A stretch of 64,000 nucleotides of DNA from Pyrinomonadaceae bacterium (GCA_046313635.1 JBKBYA010000008.1:64001-128000); one strand, 5' to 3'; numbered from the stretch's first letter, positions 50,954 to 60,673 are shown. Notes: generated by a model from the letters alone, not told the origin. Translations and numbers: made by a program.

Positions 50954-50980
50954 AAAAAGGGCGGCCCCTGAGGGCCGCCC
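50954..50980 (-). terminator. Intrinsic terminator
   Basis: GGGCGGCCC/GGGCCGCCC stem with a T5 tract on the minus strand. Confidence 0.75.
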
Positions 50981-51002
50981 GCTACAGACCTGTGCCGGCA
51001 CC

Positions 51003-53117
51003 TTAGAAGGCCGCGGCAGTGAAGTTGAGATCGGCCACGCCGTCGTCGATCTGCCGTGTCTGCGGCGTGAAGGTGTAGCGGCCGACCGAGATCGAGACCG
51101 TGTAGCTCGCTCCGGCGGGGATATCGTCAAAGCGATAGTAACCGAAAGCGCTGGTGTACGTCGTACGAGTAAAGTTGCTGCCGTTGGTTATCGTCACGGC
51201 CGCTCGTCCGATCCCCTCGCCCGAGCTGGTGGCCACGCGGCCCGAGACGCTCACGAGCGCGGCCTGGGCCGGTGTCGGGCCCATTACCTGCAGGTTGATG
51301 GGATTGCCCGTCTTAAAGAATCCGATCGTCGCATTGACGACCTGCGGCGGCCGGTTTGAATCGAATCGGAAGTTGTAGAGCGTTCCCCACCGGATGGCGT
51401 TGGCGTTCGGGTTCTGCGCGAATGTCTCGCTCGCCCAGGTCAGCGACGTCGGTGTCTGCGTCGGCGTCCACGGCGTGCTGCTGTAGCCGGCGTTCCCGAC
51501 CGTGCCGTCGCCCGACCAGCCGGGATGCTGCGGCGGAGCATGAAAGCCGATATTGCTGAGCGTGATGCCGTTGCCGAGCGGGATCGAGAAGGACTGAATG
51601 CCGCGGTCGAGATTCTGGTTATAAATTGCGTACTCGTAGTGCCATACGCCCGGCGACGGATTGGTCACCTTATAAGCGATCGTGCCTATGCCGTCGTTGT
51701 TAGGGTCAGGCCGTATCTCGACCGACGTGGCTCCCGGCCAGGCCGTGATCGCGGGCTTCGTGCGCTGAGTACTGCCCGCCGGCGAGAACGAGAATGGGCT
51801 CGTCGTGCCCGAAACGCTGTACTGCCGGTACGAGACGTTGTTGTACATATTGCACTGGCCCGGATTGGCCTGGCACCACGCATACTCGTGCGGCGTGATG
51901 TACTGCGCCTCGGCGTAGTACGTTGCACCGGGATTCTGCGCCGTGCTGAGGTCGCTGATCTCGGTCAGGATGCGGTGCGACGGGCCGAGATGGGTGTGGC
52001 CGGTGTGATTGTTGTTCGGCGTGGCCGAATCGTTCCGCGGGTAAAAGCCCGTGAACGGATTGATCCAGGCACGCGAGCCGAGGTTTGGGCCGGCGTTGAG
52101 GCTGGCCGAGTACGGGTCCGAGCATCCCGAGCCGAGCTGCGAACCGCCGACGCCGTTGCAGCCGAGATTGCAGAGATTGTTGGTCAGCGCGGTAAAGGCG
52201 TGTTTGACGCTCGACTGTCCGATCTGCTCAAACCTCTCGGTGTTGTCGGCACCGCCGCTCATTCGGTAGAGATTTTGCGGGATGACGGGATGGTCGTTGG
52301 CCGGGTTTGCAAACCAGTTGAGATTCTGTGTGCCGAAGTTGCACGAATCGGTCCCAACCGCGAGACCGACCTGCGTGCCCGCACTGCTGCCAAACTGCGC
52401 GAGGCCCGAGAGGTCGCCGACGACGACGTCCGGTCCGGGAACGGTGCCGGGCAGCGCCGCATCGTTAATGGCGGGCATCTCGTCGGACTTTACCTCGCCG
52501 TCGACGATATGCGTGACCTCGATCGGCCGCATCGTCGCTTCGATATTGATCGAGCCTACACTCGTGCCGGCGGGCCGTCCGAGCTCGGCCGCGAATTCGC
52601 GCGAGAGGAGCAGACGGCCATTCTCGATCAGGAGCCGGCGGTCGTCCGCCGAGTAGCTGAACTCGTAGCCTTCGATATTGAAATAACTAAAGCCAGACTT
52701 TGCATCGCGCACCGTCAGCTCGAACGCGCCGCCCCAGCCGGCATTGTCGATCGTCAGATCGCCGATGCCCGCGCCGAGCCTGCCGCCGACGCTCGTCGAA
52801 CGCTCTGCGGTCAGGGGCATCGAACTCGGGAGCGGTCCGCGAAGCTCATCGTTGAATACGAGCACGGTGAAGAATGAATTTGGCTGCACCTCGAAGCGCA
52901 GCGAACCGCTGCGCGGAGCCCGCGACCTGCGGCCGGACGGCGCGAGCGTATTGAGGTCGACGTCCATCGCGACGCTTCCCTTTGCGACGATAAGCTTTTC
53001 GAGCTTGCCCGAATCTCCCGACGACGGACTCGTTACCGCATCCGAACGGAAGATGTCGGACCCCTTGCTGAAAAACACCAATAGCGGGAGTAGAGCGATC
53101 AAAGCTGCTTTATACAT
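51003..53117 (-). CDS. Secreted Cys/His-containing protein with C-terminal carboxypeptidase-regulatory-like domain; possible remote lysyl-oxidase-like core
   Basis: Signal peptide; C-terminal VSVSGRV...FGYYRFDDIPAG..Y; central PDVVV, CNFGT, KHAF, GCSDPY and NNV motifs. Confidence 0.75.
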   Translation of the reverse strand: MYKAALIALLPLLVFFSKGSDIFRSDAVTSPSSGDSGKLEKLIVAKGSVAMDVDLNTLAPSGRRSRAPRSGSLRFEVQPNSFFTVLVFNDELRGPLPSSMPLTAERSTSVGGRLGAGIGDLTIDNAGWGGAFELTVRDAKSGFSYFNIEGYEFSYSADDRRLLIENGRLLLSREFAAELGRPAGTSVGSINIEATMRPIEVTHIVDGEVKSDEMPAINDAALPGTVPGPDVVVGDLSGLAQFGSSAGTQVGLAVGTDSCNFGTQNLNWFANPANDHPVIPQNLYRMSGGADNTERFEQIGQSSVKHAFTALTNNLCNLGCNGVGGSQLGSGCSDPYSASLNAGPNLGSRAWINPFTGFYPRNDSATPNNNHTGHTHLGPSHRILTEISDLSTAQNPGATYYAEAQYITPHEYAWCQANPGQCNMYNNVSYRQYSVSGTTSPFSFSPAGSTQRTKPAITAWPGATSVEIRPDPNNDGIGTIAYKVTNPSPGVWHYEYAIYNQNLDRGIQSFSIPLGNGITLSNIGFHAPPQHPGWSGDGTVGNAGYSSTPWTPTQTPTSLTWASETFAQNPNANAIRWGTLYNFRFDSNRPPQVVNATIGFFKTGNPINLQVMGPTPAQAALVSVSGRVATSSGEGIGRAAVTITNGSNFTRTTYTSAFGYYRFDDIPAGASYTVSISVGRYTFTPQTRQIDDGVADLNFTAAAF

Positions 53118-53275
53118 AATTTGAGATTCTTGCCTCTTGGACTCCTTGACAGGGTGACCTAAATCGCGGGCTGTCTAAAATGTGACAACGTTTTTACACT
53201 CTTTAGCTACTTTAATCAAGTTAGGTATAGTAGACCGTTCACCTTGCTTCAGCATCGCCGCGGCATCTTTACAGT

Positions 53276-55276
53276 ATGAAAACCGGTTGCGAAAACCAGA
53301 CAGCCGTTAAAATGCGGTCGATCGACCTGCCCGTTCTCGCCTCGCCCGCGCCGCCGGCGAAGCCCGAGATCCGCGCCTCGCGAACGTCGCGTTGGCGTGC
53401 CGCTTCGCTGATCGCCCTCAACCTGCTGATGGCCGCTCACATCCTGCAGTGGTGGCTCACGGGCCGGACGGTCTCGCCCATCGAGCCTTCGGAGGCGATG
53501 TACACGCTGCAGCGCGGGGCGATCAACGCCGGGCTGATCTTTTTCAGTCTCGCGATCCTCTCGACGCTGCTTTTGGGCCGCTTTGTATGCGGCTGGGGAT
53601 GTCACATCGTCGCGCTGCAGGACCTGTGCGCGTGGCTGCTGAAAAAGATAGGTCTAAAGCCGCGGCCATTCCGATCGCGGCTGCTCGTCTGGGTGCCGCT
53701 CGTCGCGGCGCTTTACATGTTTGTCTGGCCGAGTGTGGCTCGATACTTCACAAAGCCCGCCGGCGAGCCGCTCATACCGCAATTCACCAATCACATCGTG
53801 ACGACCGACTTTTGGGCGACCTTTCCGCCGGTGTGGGTCGCGGTGCCGTTCCTCTTTGTGTGCGGATTTGTGACCGTGTACTTTCTCGGCTCAAAGGGCT
53901 TCTGCACATACGGCTGCCCGTACGGCGGATTCTTCGGCGTTGCCGACAAGGTCGCGCCGGGCCGCATCCGCGTCAAGCAGGACGCCTGCCATCAATGCGG
54001 TCACTGCACCGCGGTCTGCACCTCAAATGTACTCGTCCATCTCGAGGTCAAACAGCACGGAATGGTCGTCGACCCCGGCTGCATGAAGTGCATGGACTGC
54101 GTCAGCGTCTGCCCGAACGACGCGCTGTATTTCGGCTTTGGAAAACCAGCCGTTGGAATTTCGGATCTCGGATCTCGGATTTCGGATTCGGCAAGAAAGG
54201 TCGGTGATCACGTGCAGGCCTCAAAAAGTTCTTCCAATCCGCGATCCGCGATCCGCAATTCGCAATCAACGAATCCGCAATTGAACTGGTCCGAAGAGAT
54301 CTTTGTCGCCGTCGTCTTTGCCGCGAGTTTCTTTGCGGTCTGGGACGTTTATCAGCTCGTGCCGATGCTGATGGCGCTCGGCATCGCGCCGGTGACCACG
54401 TTTTTGGCGTTCAAGACGTGGCGGCTGCTGCGGTCCGGCGACCAGTCGTTTTACAAGTTCATTCTCAAGTCGGGCGGGCGGATCACTAACGCGGGCTGGA
54501 CATTTTTGAGCTTTGCCGTTCTTTGGATCGGTCTCACTGCTCACAGCGGCTGGGTGCGGTATCACGAGAGCGCCGGCACGAGCAGATTCGAGAGCATTCG
54601 TATCGCCGACGAGCTCGCGCTCGCGCAGGCAGATCCGAAGGTATGGCTCAGCCCGCAGGACCGCGAGGTCGTCAGGGAAGGCCGGCGACATCTCAACGCC
54701 GCGATCGGCGGCGGCCTGTTTACCAACTACCACGCGCTGCCAAAGCTCGCCTGGCTCGAATTCCTCGGCGGCGACGCCGAACGCGCCGTCGAGGTGCTCG
54801 CCCGCGCTGCTGAGCAACAGTCGGGGCAGGAACGCGCGATCAGTCTCTATTACCGCGGCGCGATCCTCAACCGCCTCGGCCGGCCCGCCGACGCGATCGA
54901 TGCGCTCGACGCGGCGCTTGAAGACGCTCCCGACCTGATCCTCGCTCGCGAGGAGCTCGGCGAATCGCTTTGGCGCCTCGGCCGCCGCGACGAGGCCGTC
55001 GCCGCGTGGAATGACGCCGTCGCGCTCAACCCGCGTCTCGCGATCGCAAACAACTTCCTTGCCGGAGCGACGGCCGGCGACGCCGGATCGTCCGCCCGCT
55101 ACCGCGCGGCAGCCGCCGAAGCGACGCCCGACGACGCGCTTTTTGTGTGGGTCGTCGGCCTGCGGCTCAGAAATGTCGGGATGAACGACCTCGCCGAAAA
55201 GCACTTTGCCCGAGCGATACAGCTAAACCCCGAATTCAAACGCGCCCGCGAGCTCGACCTCATCAACCGCCGTTAG
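53276..55276 (+). CDS. Polytopic membrane 4Fe-4S protein (NosR/NapH/YccM-like) with C-terminal TPRs
   Basis: CGWGCH and CTYGCPYG motifs, two ferredoxin motifs (CHQCGHC...C and CMKCMDC...CP), TPR-like helices. Confidence 0.85.
   Translation: MKTGCENQTAVKMRSIDLPVLASPAPPAKPEIRASRTSRWRAASLIALNLLMAAHILQWWLTGRTVSPIEPSEAMYTLQRGAINAGLIFFSLAILSTLLLGRFVCGWGCHIVALQDLCAWLLKKIGLKPRPFRSRLLVWVPLVAALYMFVWPSVARYFTKPAGEPLIPQFTNHIVTTDFWATFPPVWVAVPFLFVCGFVTVYFLGSKGFCTYGCPYGGFFGVADKVAPGRIRVKQDACHQCGHCTAVCTSNVLVHLEVKQHGMVVDPGCMKCMDCVSVCPNDALYFGFGKPAVGISDLGSRISDSARKVGDHVQASKSSSNPRSAIRNSQSTNPQLNWSEEIFVAVVFAASFFAVWDVYQLVPMLMALGIAPVTTFLAFKTWRLLRSGDQSFYKFILKSGGRITNAGWTFLSFAVLWIGLTAHSGWVRYHESAGTSRFESIRIADELALAQADPKVWLSPQDREVVREGRRHLNAAIGGGLFTNYHALPKLAWLEFLGGDAERAVEVLARAAEQQSGQERAISLYYRGAILNRLGRPADAIDALDAALEDAPDLILAREELGESLWRLGRRDEAVAAWNDAVALNPRLAIANNFLAGATAGDAGSSARYRAAAAEATPDDALFVWVVGLRLRNVGMNDLAEKHFARAIQLNPEFKRARELDLINRR
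54153..54282. repeat. Heptamer inverted repeat in frame within a CDS
   Basis: (TCGGATY)n ... (ATCCGCR)n, encoding GISDLGSRISDS...NPRSAIRNSQS. Confidence 0.85.
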
Positions 55277-55473
55277 ATCAGAACCTCCCGCGTCAGCCGG
55301 CCGGCTCTTAATGAACGCAGATCCGGCGAAATGGCCACCACGAAAAACTCCCCTCCCGGATAGGATGGGTGCCGCATCCTCGCGGCGTGGTGGTGGATCA
55401 TCGCCGATCAGTTCGCGACGTGATAAGAATCAGATTTTTAAACAACAGCTTCCCCGGCCGAAGACGGCCACCC

Positions 55474-55581
55474 CTCCTGGCCGGCACATTCGAGATCGAA
55501 TCGTCGTCCGGCAAGGGCACATCGATCTTCGTTCGCGTCCCTGCAGGGTACGACCGCGAGACCGAGCTTGCGGGCGGGTGA
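55474..55581 (+). pseudogene. 3' remnant of a sensor histidine kinase (HATPase_c C-terminus)
   Basis: LLAGTFEIESSSGKGTSIFVRVP resembles the G2-box end of a kinase; no upstream kinase body; a terminator follows at 55625-55657. Confidence 0.6.
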
Positions 55582-55692
55582 CGGGCCCGCCGCGGCCGGG
55601 GAGGTTTTACAAAGTGAAATTCGCAGAGGCCTCGCTGTCCGGCGGGTCTCTTTTTTTGCGACAATGTTGGCCGGCAGACCCGAACAAAAACG

Positions 55693-56403
55693 ATGAAGGT
55701 ACGCGAACTAGGATACGAGCGGACGCCGCTGGGCGATCTGACGCTGCGGGAGAGGATCGAGCCGAAGGCCGGCGGCGTCGAGGTACTCGAGGTCAAACTC
55801 GGCGACGAGTATCTGATGTCGAGCCTCTTTACCGAGAGCGAACGCCAACTTGCCCGGCTCGGCCTCGCCGCGGTGGAAGGCGGCGAGCTCGATGTGGTCG
55901 TCGGCGGGCTCGGTCTCGGGTACACGGCGGCCGAGGCGTTGAAGAGCGAACGCGTCGATCGGCTGCTGGTGATCGAGCTGTTTCAGGCCGTGATCGACTG
56001 GCACCGCCGCGGGCTCGTGCCGCTCGGCGAGCGGATCGTCGGCGACGAAAGGTGCGAGGTGCGGCAGGGTGATTTCTTTGCGCTCGCGCGGACGGGGCTT
56101 GACGTCCGCCGTCCGGAGGCGAAGTTTGACGCCGTGCTGCTCGACATCGACCACACGCCCGAGCTCGTCCTCGATGCGGGCAACCGTTCCTTTTACACCG
56201 TCGAAGGCCTCGCCGCCGTGCGCGATCAGCTCAAGCCCGGCGGCGCCTTTGCACTGTGGTCGGACGACCCGGCCAACGAGGAATTCACCGCCCTGCTCCG
56301 CGGCGTCTTTGGCTCGGCCGATGCGCACAATATCGAATTCCCCAACCCCTACACCCGCTCGACATCGGTCAACTCCGTCTACGTCGCGCGGAATCTCGAA
56401 TAG
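55693..56403 (+). CDS. Spermidine-synthase-like SAM-dependent methyltransferase
   Basis: YLMSS, VVVGGLGLGYT, FDAVLLDID. Confidence 0.82.
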   Translation: MKVRELGYERTPLGDLTLRERIEPKAGGVEVLEVKLGDEYLMSSLFTESERQLARLGLAAVEGGELDVVVGGLGLGYTAAEALKSERVDRLLVIELFQAVIDWHRRGLVPLGERIVGDERCEVRQGDFFALARTGLDVRRPEAKFDAVLLDIDHTPELVLDAGNRSFYTVEGLAAVRDQLKPGGAFALWSDDPANEEFTALLRGVFGSADAHNIEFPNPYTRSTSVNSVYVARNLE

Positions 56404-56443
56404 TCACAGTCGCCTGCTCGCGTCCTGCCTCCGTGCGGTTCCG

Positions 56444-56920
56444 GCGGCTTCGCCGCAGTGCTGTGCGGAAGGGCCCTTCTTCAGCCACCTTCTTGCGGCT
56501 TCGCCGCGGTGCTGTGCGGAATGGCTCTGCCTTTCCGGCAAGCTTCCCAAACTATCCTGGAGGCTGCGCCTCAGCACGGAGGCGCAGCCTCGAAGAAATA
56601 AGAAATACCGATGCCGGCAGGGCGAAGCCCTTCCGCACATCACTGCGGCGCAGCCGCGCGAGCATCAGCCTTTCGCGGCGGTCCCGCCACGTCGTCCAAG
56701 ATCGGTCGCAGTCAGAACCGCCTGCGTGAGCGGGGGGCGGTTGGTCGGCGGCTCGTAAAGCCTGGCTGGCGTGGCGGCCGGCGAACTGGCCCGCTGCTTA
56801 CGCGAGCGGGTTCTGACCTTTTTGCGAACTGGCGCGCCCGCTTAACCTGGGGGGGCGACATTTTTCGAAACGCCGCGTGCCGCCTCGACCGGCCCGCCCG
56901 CTTACGCGGGGGGATCTGAC
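56444..56920. repeat. Cluster of REP-like palindromes of two families
   Basis: GCGGCTTCGCCGCRGTGCTGTGCGGAA at 56444 and 56495, inverted at 56627-56657; GTCAGAACC...GCGGG family at 56711, 56790-56817 and 56893-56920. Confidence 0.8.
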
Positions 56921-59451
56921 CGGGCGATGAGGGGTTCGCCGGCGTCGGGGGCGGGCGGCGGTACGTTAATGGGCTTTTCGCTGCCGGCGGCGGTTGATGG
57001 GACGGGCTCGAGGGCGGCATTCAAAACGTCGCTGATGTACTTGGCCGGGATGATCTCGAGGTCTTTGCGGACGTCGTCGGGGATCTCGTCGATGTCGGCC
57101 TCGTTGCGTTCCGGCAGGATGATACGGCGGATGCCGGCGCGGTGCGCGGCGAGCACCTTCTCCTTGATGCCGCCGACAGGGAAGACGAGTCCCGAGAGCG
57201 TGATCTCGCCGGTCATCGCCGTATCCGAGCGGACCTTACGGCCGGTAAAGAGCGACGCCATCGCGGTCGCCATCGTCACGCCGGCCGACGGGCCGTCCTT
57301 CGGTATCGCTCCGGCGGGCACGTGCAGGTGGACGCCGTTTGACTTGATCATCTCGAGATCGATGCCTAATTCGGCGGCGTGCGACCAGAGGTAGCTGCGC
57401 GCGGCCTGCGCGGACTCTTTCATCACTTCGCCGAGCTGTCCGGTCAGCGTGAGCCCGCTCGCGCCGGGCAGCAGCGTCGCTTCGATAAAGAGGACCTCGC
57501 CGCCCATCTCGGTCCACGCCATTCCGGTCGCGACGCCCGCGGGCAGATCGGTGCGGGCCTGCTCGGGATAGAAGCGCGGCGCTCCGAGATAGGATTTGAT
57601 GTCTGCGGCGGTGATCACGAATTTGGCCGGCGCCGGTTTGCCGACCGACGCGTCAGCCGGATCGCCTGCCGCGCCTGCTGAATCAGGAGGCGCGCTTGCT
57701 GATTCGGCGACTTTGAGAGCGACCTTGCGGGCGATGTTGCCGATCGCACGCTCGAGCTGTCGGACGCCGGCCTCGCGTGTGTAGCGCGAGGTCAAGAGGT
57801 CGATCGCGTCGTCGGTGATCTCGAGCTGCTCGGGCGTGAGGCCGTTCTCTCTGATCTGCCGCGGGATGAGGTACTGCTTGGCGATATTGAGCTTCTCTTG
57901 ATCGCTGTAGCCGGCGAGCTGGATGATCTCCATTCGATCACGAAGCGGCATCGGGATCGGCCCGAGCTGGTTGGCCGTCGCGATAAAAAACACCTTCGAC
58001 AGATCGAAGGGCAGATCGAGATAGTTGTCGCGGAAGGTGTTGTTCTGCTGCGGGTCGAGTATCTCGAGCAGCGCCGACGCCGGGTCGCCGCGAAAGTCGT
58101 TGCCGAGCTTGTCGATCTCGTCGAGCATCAGCACCGGATTGTTGACGCCGACGCGCCTTAGGCTCTGAATGATGCGGCCCGGCATCGCGCCGATGTACGT
58201 GCGGCGATGCCCGCGGAGCTCCGCCTCGTCGCGCATTCCGCCGAGGCTCATACGGTCGAATTCACGCCCCAGAGCACGCGCGATCGAGCGCCCGAGCGAG
58301 GTCTTGCCGACTCCCGGAGGGCCGACAAACAGCAGTATCGGACTCTTTGAATCGGGCCGCAGCTTGACGACGGCGAGCGACTCGAGGATGCGCTCCTTGA
58401 TGTCCTCGAGGCCGTAGTGGTCCTCGTCGAGTATCTTGCGCGCCTCGGCGAGGTCGAGCTTCTCCTCGCTCGATTTTTTCCACGGGAGGTCGAGGATGTA
58501 CTCGAGATACGTGCGGATGACGTGAAAGTCCGGCGCCGACTGCGGCAGAGCCTCCATCCGGCGGAGCTCGCGCTCGGCCTCTTTTCGCACCTCGTCGGGC
58601 AGGTCGGCCGTCTCGAGCCGCTCTCGCAATTGGGCGGCCTCGGCCTTTTCGCCGTTGTCGTCCTCGCCGAGCTCTTTCTGGATCGCCTTCATCTGCTGGC
58701 GGAGCACGTAGTCGCGCTGCGCCTTGTCCATCTCGGTCTGCGCCTCGGTCGCGATCTTTGAACGGATCTGCATGATCTCGACCTCGCGGGCGAGCGCGCC
58801 GTGCGTCAGCGTCAGCAGCTCGTCAACGGTGGCCGCCTCGAGCATCTTTTGCTCGGTCTCGCTGCCGAGATCGAGCACCGACGCGAGAAAGTAAGAGAGC
58901 TGCACCGGATTGCTCTGCGACATCACCGCCATGCGCACCTCGGGCGGCACTTGCGGCAGCAGCGCGAGCGCCTGCTGGATCATTCCCTGAATGTTGCGCT
59001 TTAAGGCCTCGACCTCTTCGTCGTCGATCGTCTTGAGCTCGGGCAATATCTCGACGCGGGCCCTCAGGAACGGCTGCTCCTGCAGCCACTCAACGACGCG
59101 AAAGCGCTCCATTCCCTGCACGATGAGCTGCATGATGCCGTCGTTCTGCATCATTCGCTTGATATTGACGATCGTGCCGACCGAGTACAGGTCGTCAGGC
59201 TTGGCGTCGTCGCCCGTGACGCCGTCGGTCTTTGTAGTAATGCAGGCGAGAAGCTTCTCTTCGGTCGCGAGAGACGACTGTACCGCGGCCGTCGAGCGTT
59301 CGCGGCCCACGGCTAGCGGCACGACCGTCTCGGGAAAGAGCGTCGTATTCTGCAGCGGCAGCACCGGGATCGCGAACTGCCTGATCGCGGTCGTATCGAC
59401 AGCCGCTCCCTGCGTCTCGTCGTTGTTTGGGTGTCGCTTTTCTTCTGCCAT
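56902..59451 (-). CDS. lon: ATP-dependent protease La
   Basis: Lon N-domain, GPPGVGKTS, LDEIDK, PKDGPSAG, GGIKEK. Confidence 0.97.
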   Translation of the reverse strand: MAEEKRHPNNDETQGAAVDTTAIRQFAIPVLPLQNTTLFPETVVPLAVGRERSTAAVQSSLATEEKLLACITTKTDGVTGDDAKPDDLYSVGTIVNIKRMMQNDGIMQLIVQGMERFRVVEWLQEQPFLRARVEILPELKTIDDEEVEALKRNIQGMIQQALALLPQVPPEVRMAVMSQSNPVQLSYFLASVLDLGSETEQKMLEAATVDELLTLTHGALAREVEIMQIRSKIATEAQTEMDKAQRDYVLRQQMKAIQKELGEDDNGEKAEAAQLRERLETADLPDEVRKEAERELRRMEALPQSAPDFHVIRTYLEYILDLPWKKSSEEKLDLAEARKILDEDHYGLEDIKERILESLAVVKLRPDSKSPILLFVGPPGVGKTSLGRSIARALGREFDRMSLGGMRDEAELRGHRRTYIGAMPGRIIQSLRRVGVNNPVLMLDEIDKLGNDFRGDPASALLEILDPQQNNTFRDNYLDLPFDLSKVFFIATANQLGPIPMPLRDRMEIIQLAGYSDQEKLNIAKQYLIPRQIRENGLTPEQLEITDDAIDLLTSRYTREAGVRQLERAIGNIARKVALKVAESASAPPDSAGAAGDPADASVGKPAPAKFVITAADIKSYLGAPRFYPEQARTDLPAGVATGMAWTEMGGEVLFIEATLLPGASGLTLTGQLGEVMKESAQAARSYLWSHAAELGIDLEMIKSNGVHLHVPAGAIPKDGPSAGVTMATAMASLFTGRKVRSDTAMTGEITLSGLVFPVGGIKEKVLAAHRAGIRRIILPERNEADIDEIPDDVRKDLEIIPAKYISDVLNAALEPVPSTAAGSEKPINVPPPAPDAGEPLIARSDPPA

Positions 59452-59456
59452 AAGGT

Positions 59457-59828
59457 CTATTTGCTGCTGTCGGCCTTTCGCAGGCGAATGATCAGCAGCC
59501 CGTTCTCAAAATTATGTTCGATCCGCGCTCCGTCGATGGATGCCGGGAACTTGAGCGTCTTTTCGAATCGGCTGTAGGTGATCTCCATCTGATGAAACGA
59601 GTAGCCGACCGAGCACGAGCGGTCCTTGCGGCAGCCGCCGATGTAGAGCACGTTTCCCTGTATGTCGATCTCGATGTCCTCGGGGGCGACGCCCGCGAGC
59701 TCGACCTTGACCAGCCAGCCGTCGGGCGTGTTGTAAATGTCGGCCGCAGGCAGCCAGAGCGGGCCAGAGGGCTTGACGTTCTTTGACGAGCCGAGAAATT
59801 GGAAATTTCTGTTGATCGATTTGGCCAT
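59457..59828 (-). CDS. Hsp20/alpha-crystallin family protein
   Basis: PAADIY, VELAGV..EDIEI, ENGLLIIRL. Confidence 0.88.
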   Translation of the reverse strand: MAKSINRNFQFLGSSKNVKPSGPLWLPAADIYNTPDGWLVKVELAGVAPEDIEIDIQGNVLYIGGCRKDRSCSVGYSFHQMEITYSRFEKTLKFPASIDGARIEHNFENGLLIIRLRKADSSK

Positions 59829-59837
59829 TGGCGGTTG

Positions 59838-60042
59838 GTAGACAGTAGTCAGTAGTCAGTAGTCGGTGGGCAGTGGTCAGTGATCGGTGGTCAGTGGTTA
59901 GTGGTCAGTGGTCAGTGGCCAGTAGTCGGCTGTCAGTGGTCAGTGGTCAGTTAATCGGTTTTCATCATTTACCATTCACCATTTACCATTCACCATTTAC
60001 CACTTACCGTTTACCACTCTCCGTTTTCCACTCACCGTTCAC
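59838..60042. repeat. Long heptamer tracts (CAGTGGT)n followed by (ACCATTY)n
   Basis: Roughly 16 and 11 degenerate units between the CBS gene and hsp20; partially complementary via G-U pairs. Confidence 0.9.
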
Positions 60043-60053
60043 ACTTCTCCTCC

Positions 60054-60530
60054 TCACTTCTTGCTCCAAAATCCGCTGCCGCTCGATATGTCTTCGAGCG
60101 TCTCGGCGATCTCGCGTTCGTCTTCCATTTCGAGCGCGACGTCGGCCATCGCGATGATGCCGGCGAGACGGCCCTGGTCGTCGACGACCGGGATGCGGCG
60201 CACCTGCCGATCGCCCATCAGCCTGATCGCCTCGAAAGCAAAATCGTCCGGCCGCACAGAAAAGATCTCCGTCGTCATCGCTTCGCCGACGGTCGAATCG
60301 GCGCCCTTCCCTTCGGCGACCGCGCGGACGACGATATCGCGGTCGGTGACTATGCCGATGAGCTTTCCGTCCTCGACCACGGGCACCGAACCCATATCGC
60401 CGTCGCGCATCAAGACCGCAGCTTCTTGCAGCGTCGTCGCGCGCGTGGCGGTCGTGACGTCTGACGTCATAATGTCGCGGCATCGCAGCCGGGAGGCGGC
60501 CGCCGACGAAGATGTTTGACCTTCGCTCAT
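60054..60530 (-). CDS. CBS domain-containing protein
   Basis: DIMTSDV, GIVTDRDIV, VRRIPVVD. Confidence 0.9.
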   Translation of the reverse strand: MSEGQTSSSAAASRLRCRDIMTSDVTTATRATTLQEAAVLMRDGDMGSVPVVEDGKLIGIVTDRDIVVRAVAEGKGADSTVGEAMTTEIFSVRPDDFAFEAIRLMGDRQVRRIPVVDDQGRLAGIIAMADVALEMEDEREIAETLEDISSGSGFWSKK

Positions 60531-60673
60531 TGCGTTTTACCTTGAGAATATTTTGTTTGAGCAGGTGGGATAAAGCAAGCGATTTGAATTTTTGAATGAA
60601 TGCCGATTTGCGAATTGCGTTTTGAGTGGCCGAAACTTGAAGCAGAGAAAAGAAAGATCGCAAAGCTGTAGTT

